Made by a program: the position numbers and the translations under genes
NCBI GenBank assembly: GCA_024679065.1
Contig: JAGIQG010000003.1
Span: 100,626,001-100,690,000, forward strand
Length of the DNA: 64,000 bases
Reading direction: 5' to 3'
Source of the DNA: Sphyrna mokarran
Lineage: Eukaryota
The notes under the pieces: generated by a model
Databases searched by the model: none
Seen by the model: the letters and a program-made list of their open reading frames with translations, nothing else
What the model was told of the DNA's origin: nothing
Shown: positions 60,220 through 64,000 of the stretch, one piece after another
Position numbering within the stretch: the stretch's first letter is position 1
Layout: every line of letters begins with the position of its first letter

Positions 60220-61340
60220 CATAACTTGCTGTGTCTCAGCACCATCACACTGGATCTCTTGCAAGCTCTCTGGGCTCTCGGCCATGGGCCTCAGAACCTC
60301 GAGAATCCTGTTCAGTCCCTCAGCTGTGGCCTACTTGGACTAAGCTGTGATCTTCTGTGAATCAGCCATTTCTTGGAGCCTGCCATTCGTGGTGAGGATC
60401 CTCCGCCCCAGACTTTCCACTGCAAATGCCACCCTTGCAGTGTTGGCCTAGGGAGCATGCAAGGCAGGCAATAGCTGGTTCACCTGAAAGCTCTGGGACT
60501 CCTCCCAGCAGCCTTGCAGTTGGTCCAGTGTGACCGTTAGCCCGTCCTGCATTCCCTGGCTCCGTTGCTGCATCTCCAGCAGCTGAGGGAGAAGTGATCT
60601 CAGAGGTTCAGCATTTAACTTGGAGCCAGCTGAGTCCTCGCCTCAGAACAGAAGGGGGTCAGCATCCTGGCACTGATCAAGGCAGTGACTTCCTCCCAGG
60701 CTCATTTCCATCAGAACCCATTGGTCTGTGACATTCTGAGGGGGAAGAGGGTGTCCTGCCTTGCTTCTACTGGGTCCAATAGCCTCCCCAAATCGCCCTC
60801 ACTAAATTGGGGAGGGGAGGGGGGGTCGGCTGGTCACGCACACATTTTGTGCAGGAATGCCTGCCTGCCTGTCCATTCTTGAGTTTTTAATGGAGCTGCC
60901 CCTTGTTAAGGCGGATCAGCTGTAGACAGTTTGGCAGAGCATTCCAGCAAGTTCCATGCAGTTTGCTTGTTAACAATGAGGGAAAGGCAAATGAGCACTT
61001 GCAGATGGGAAGGGAAGTGCGATTGGTGGGGGGGGAGATGGCAGTGGGTGTATCAGTGCCTCAATGATTGGGGACAGGAGAGATGACACACAGCCATTGG
61101 AGTCTGGAAGAGAAGGTTGTATTGTGGGCAGTCTGAGGTGGGGTGAGAGGGATCACCCTACCTGATACCTGTGGGATAGAAGAGGGAGGGTGGATCTCTC
61201 TGCCTGAGATCAGTGTTGGGGAAGGGGGAGGGTTCCATGATCAGTCTGGATAGCAGGACAATAGGAGGGTCATTAATGATGTGGGGGTGGGGCAATGTCT
61301 GTGGGGACCAGGGAGAGGCATTATCTGGCCCAGGAGGAAC
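60220..61340 (-). mobile_element. Probable Harbinger Myb-like gene relic (downstream exon and G-rich intron)
   Basis: Minus strand gives DSAGSKLNAEPL..LLPQLLEMQQRSQGMQDG and QANTARVAFAVE coiled-coil-like pieces. The family assignment is from recall only. Confidence 0.45.
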
Positions 61341-61342
61341 GT

Positions 61343-61480
61343 CATAATATGGAGATGCCAGCATTGGATTGGGATAAACATAGCAAGAAGTCTCACAACA
61401 TCAGGTTAAAGTCCAACAGGTTTATTTAGTAGCAAAAGCCACTAGCTTTCGGAGTGTGCTCCTTTGTCAGGTGAGTTGTC
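61343..61480 (-). mobile_element. PLE pLTR fragment with tail; hammerhead with one core change
   Basis: Minus strand reads cac-ctgacaa-aggagcacactcc-gaaa-gcta-gtg. Confidence 0.88.
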
Positions 61481-61564
61481 AGGAGAGATGTAAGGGGAGC
61501 AGCATTCTATAAATCTTTTTCTACACATGTGCAGTTGGAGGCACCAATTGGAGCTGCAAAGTTT

Positions 61565-64000
61565 TAGAACATAGAACATAGAACATAGAATATTACAGTG
61601 CAGAACAGGCCCTTCGGCCTTCGACGTTGCGCCTACCAATTAAGAAAAAGCAATGACCCTCTAACCTAAACCATCCCCTTTTCGTCCATTATCTTATCTA
61701 CTAACCTCTTAAACGCCACCAAACTTGGCGCATTTACAACTGCAGCAGGCAGGGCATTCCATACTCTTACCACTCTCTGGGTAAAGAACCTACCTCTGAC
61801 ATCCGTCCTATAACCACCACCCCTTAATTTAAAGCTATGTCCCCTTGTGCTAGCTTTCTCCATCCTAGGAAAAAGGCTATCACTGTCCAACCTATCTAAA
61901 CCTCTAATCATCTTATATGTTTCGATTAGGTCCCCTCTTAGCCGCCTCCTTTCTAACGAAAATAACCTCAAATCCCTCAGCCTCTCTTCATAAGACCTGC
62001 CCTCCATACCAGGCAACATCCTGGTAAACCTCCTCTGTACCCTCTCCATGCCTCCACATCTTTCTTATAATGTGGGGACCAGAACTGCACACAATACTCC
62101 AAGTGCGACCACACTAGAGTTTTGTACAGTTGCAACATGACGTTGCGGCTCCGAAATTCAATCCCCCTACCAATAAAAGCTAAGACTCCGTATGCCTTCT
62201 TAACAACCTTATCGACTTGATTGCCAACTTTGAGGGATCTATGCACATGTACACCAAGATCCCTCTGTTCATCAACACTATTAAGAGTCCTACCATTAGC
62301 CCTATACTCTACACATTTGTTATTCCTGCCAAAGTGAATTACCTCACACTTTTCCCCATTAAACTCCATTTGCCACCTCTCGGCCCAGCTCTGCAACTTG
62401 TCCAAGTCTCTCTGCAAACTATAACACCTCTCTTCACTATCTACCACTCCTCCGACTTTAGTGTCATCCGCAAATTTACTAATCTATCCTTCAATACCCT
62501 CATCCAGATCATTTATAAAAATTACAAACAGCAGGGGCCCCAAAACAGATCCCTGAGGTACACCACTTGTAACCGAACTCCACGATGAATAATTTCCATC
62601 AACCACCATCCTCTGTCTTCTTTCAGCTAGCCAATTCCTAATCCAATTAGCTAAATCATCCTCAATCCCATACATCTGCATTTTCTGCAGAAGCCTTCCA
62701 TGGGGCACCTTATCGAACGCCTTACTAAAGTCCATATATACCACATCAACTGCCTTACCCCCATCCACCTCTTTGGTCACTTTTTCAAAAAAACTCAATA
62801 AGGTTAGTAAGGCACGACCTACCCTTCACAAAAACCATGCTGACTATCCCCAATCAATTCATTTCTCTCTAAATAACTATAAATCCTATCCCTAATAATT
62901 CTCTCCAATACTTTGCCCACAACAGTAGTAAGACTCACCGGCCTATAATTCCCCGGAAAGTCTCTCTTCCCCTTCTTGAACAATGGGACCACATTCGCTA
63001 TCCTCCAGTCTTCCGGCACTATACCCGTAACCAACGACGACCTGAAGATCAGAGCCAGAGGCCCTGCAATCTCCTCTCTCGCCTCCCAGAGAATCCTAGG
63101 GTAAATCCCGTCCGGCCCAGGGGACTTATCTAACTTCAAACCCTCAAGAATATCTAGCACATTCTCCCTATCTACTTCAATACTTTCCAGTTTGCAACCC
63201 TGTATCCCAGTGTTCTCCACAACGACATTTACATCTCCCTGTGTGAATACCGAAGAGAAATATTTGTTCAGTGCCTCTCCAATCTCTTCAGGCTCCACGC
63301 ACAACTTCCCACTGCTGTCTATGACTGGCCTAATCTTGCCCTAACCAATCTTCTATTCTTAACATAGCTAAAGAAAGCTTTAGGATTCTCCTTGATCCTA
63401 TCAGCCAAAGTCTTCTCGTGTCCCCTTTTAGCTCTCCTCAACTCACTCTTTAGCTCCCTCCTGGCTAATCTATAGCTATCCATTGCACTAACTGAGCCTT
63501 TAAGCCTCATCCTGACATAAGCCTCCTTTTTCCTTTTAACCAGCGAATTAACTTTTTTCGTACACCAAGGTTCCCTTACTCGCCCATTTCCTCCTTGCCT
63601 GACAGGGACATACTTATCAAGGACTCGCAGCAGCTGCTCCTTGAATAAGCTCCACATTCCAGATGTTCCCAGTCCTTGTAGTTTCCTAGTCCAATCTATG
63701 CACCCTAATTCTCTCCTGATGGCCTCATAATTACCCTTCCCCCAGCTATAACTACTGCCCCCAGCTTCATGCCTATCCCTATCCATAACTAAGGTGAACG
63801 TAACCGAATTGTGGTCACTATCACCAAAATGTTCACTAACTTCCAAGCCTAACACCTGGTCTGGCTCATTGCCCAGCACCAAATCCAATGTAGCCTCACC
63901 TCTAGTTGGCCTATCTACATACTGAGTCAAAAAACCTTCCTGCACACTTTGTATAAAAACTGACCCCTCTAATGAGCTAAAGCTATAGCTATTCTATTTT
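61565..64000 (-). mobile_element. Young CR1/HER1-like LINE, over 2.4 kb, running off the window end; ORF2 broken by 3 frameshifts and 1 stop
   Basis: Consecutive ORFs: LDLVLGNEP..FGDSDH (endonuclease end), [46 protein letters not shown]. (gaacata)n tail. Closely similar to 47434-48431. Confidence 0.97.

Noticed and set aside
1-64000. CRISPR arrays, operons, rRNA genes
   Set aside because: This is vertebrate DNA; I saw no repeat-spacer arrays or rRNA-like sequence.

Overview
Eukaryotic, AT-rich, repeat-dense vertebrate DNA. It is most likely elasmobranch (shark), judged from HE1-type V-SINEs, CR1/HER1-like LINEs and DeuSINE-like tails. I found no recognisable host protein-coding gene. Almost every long ORF is a LINE reverse-transcriptase fragment or its antisense shadow. 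Contents: many CR1-clade LINE fragments, including two young minus-strand copies at 47.4-48.4 kb and 61.6-64 kb; L2 and Rex1/Babar 3' ends; more than ten SINEs; PIF/Harbinger relics; and a decayed Gypsy LTR element at 55.5-59.5 kb carrying nested insertions. About ten Penelope-like (PLE) terminal-repeat fragments carry minimal hammerhead-ribozyme motifs. Several of these are small TSD-flanked fold-back elements with a hammerhead motif on each strand. There is also an old tandem triplication of a ~2.9 kb unit (33.2-44.7 kb) and a weak candidate spliced transcript at 4.0-8.5 kb. Family names come from my recall of consensus motifs, not from database searches, and boundaries are approximate.
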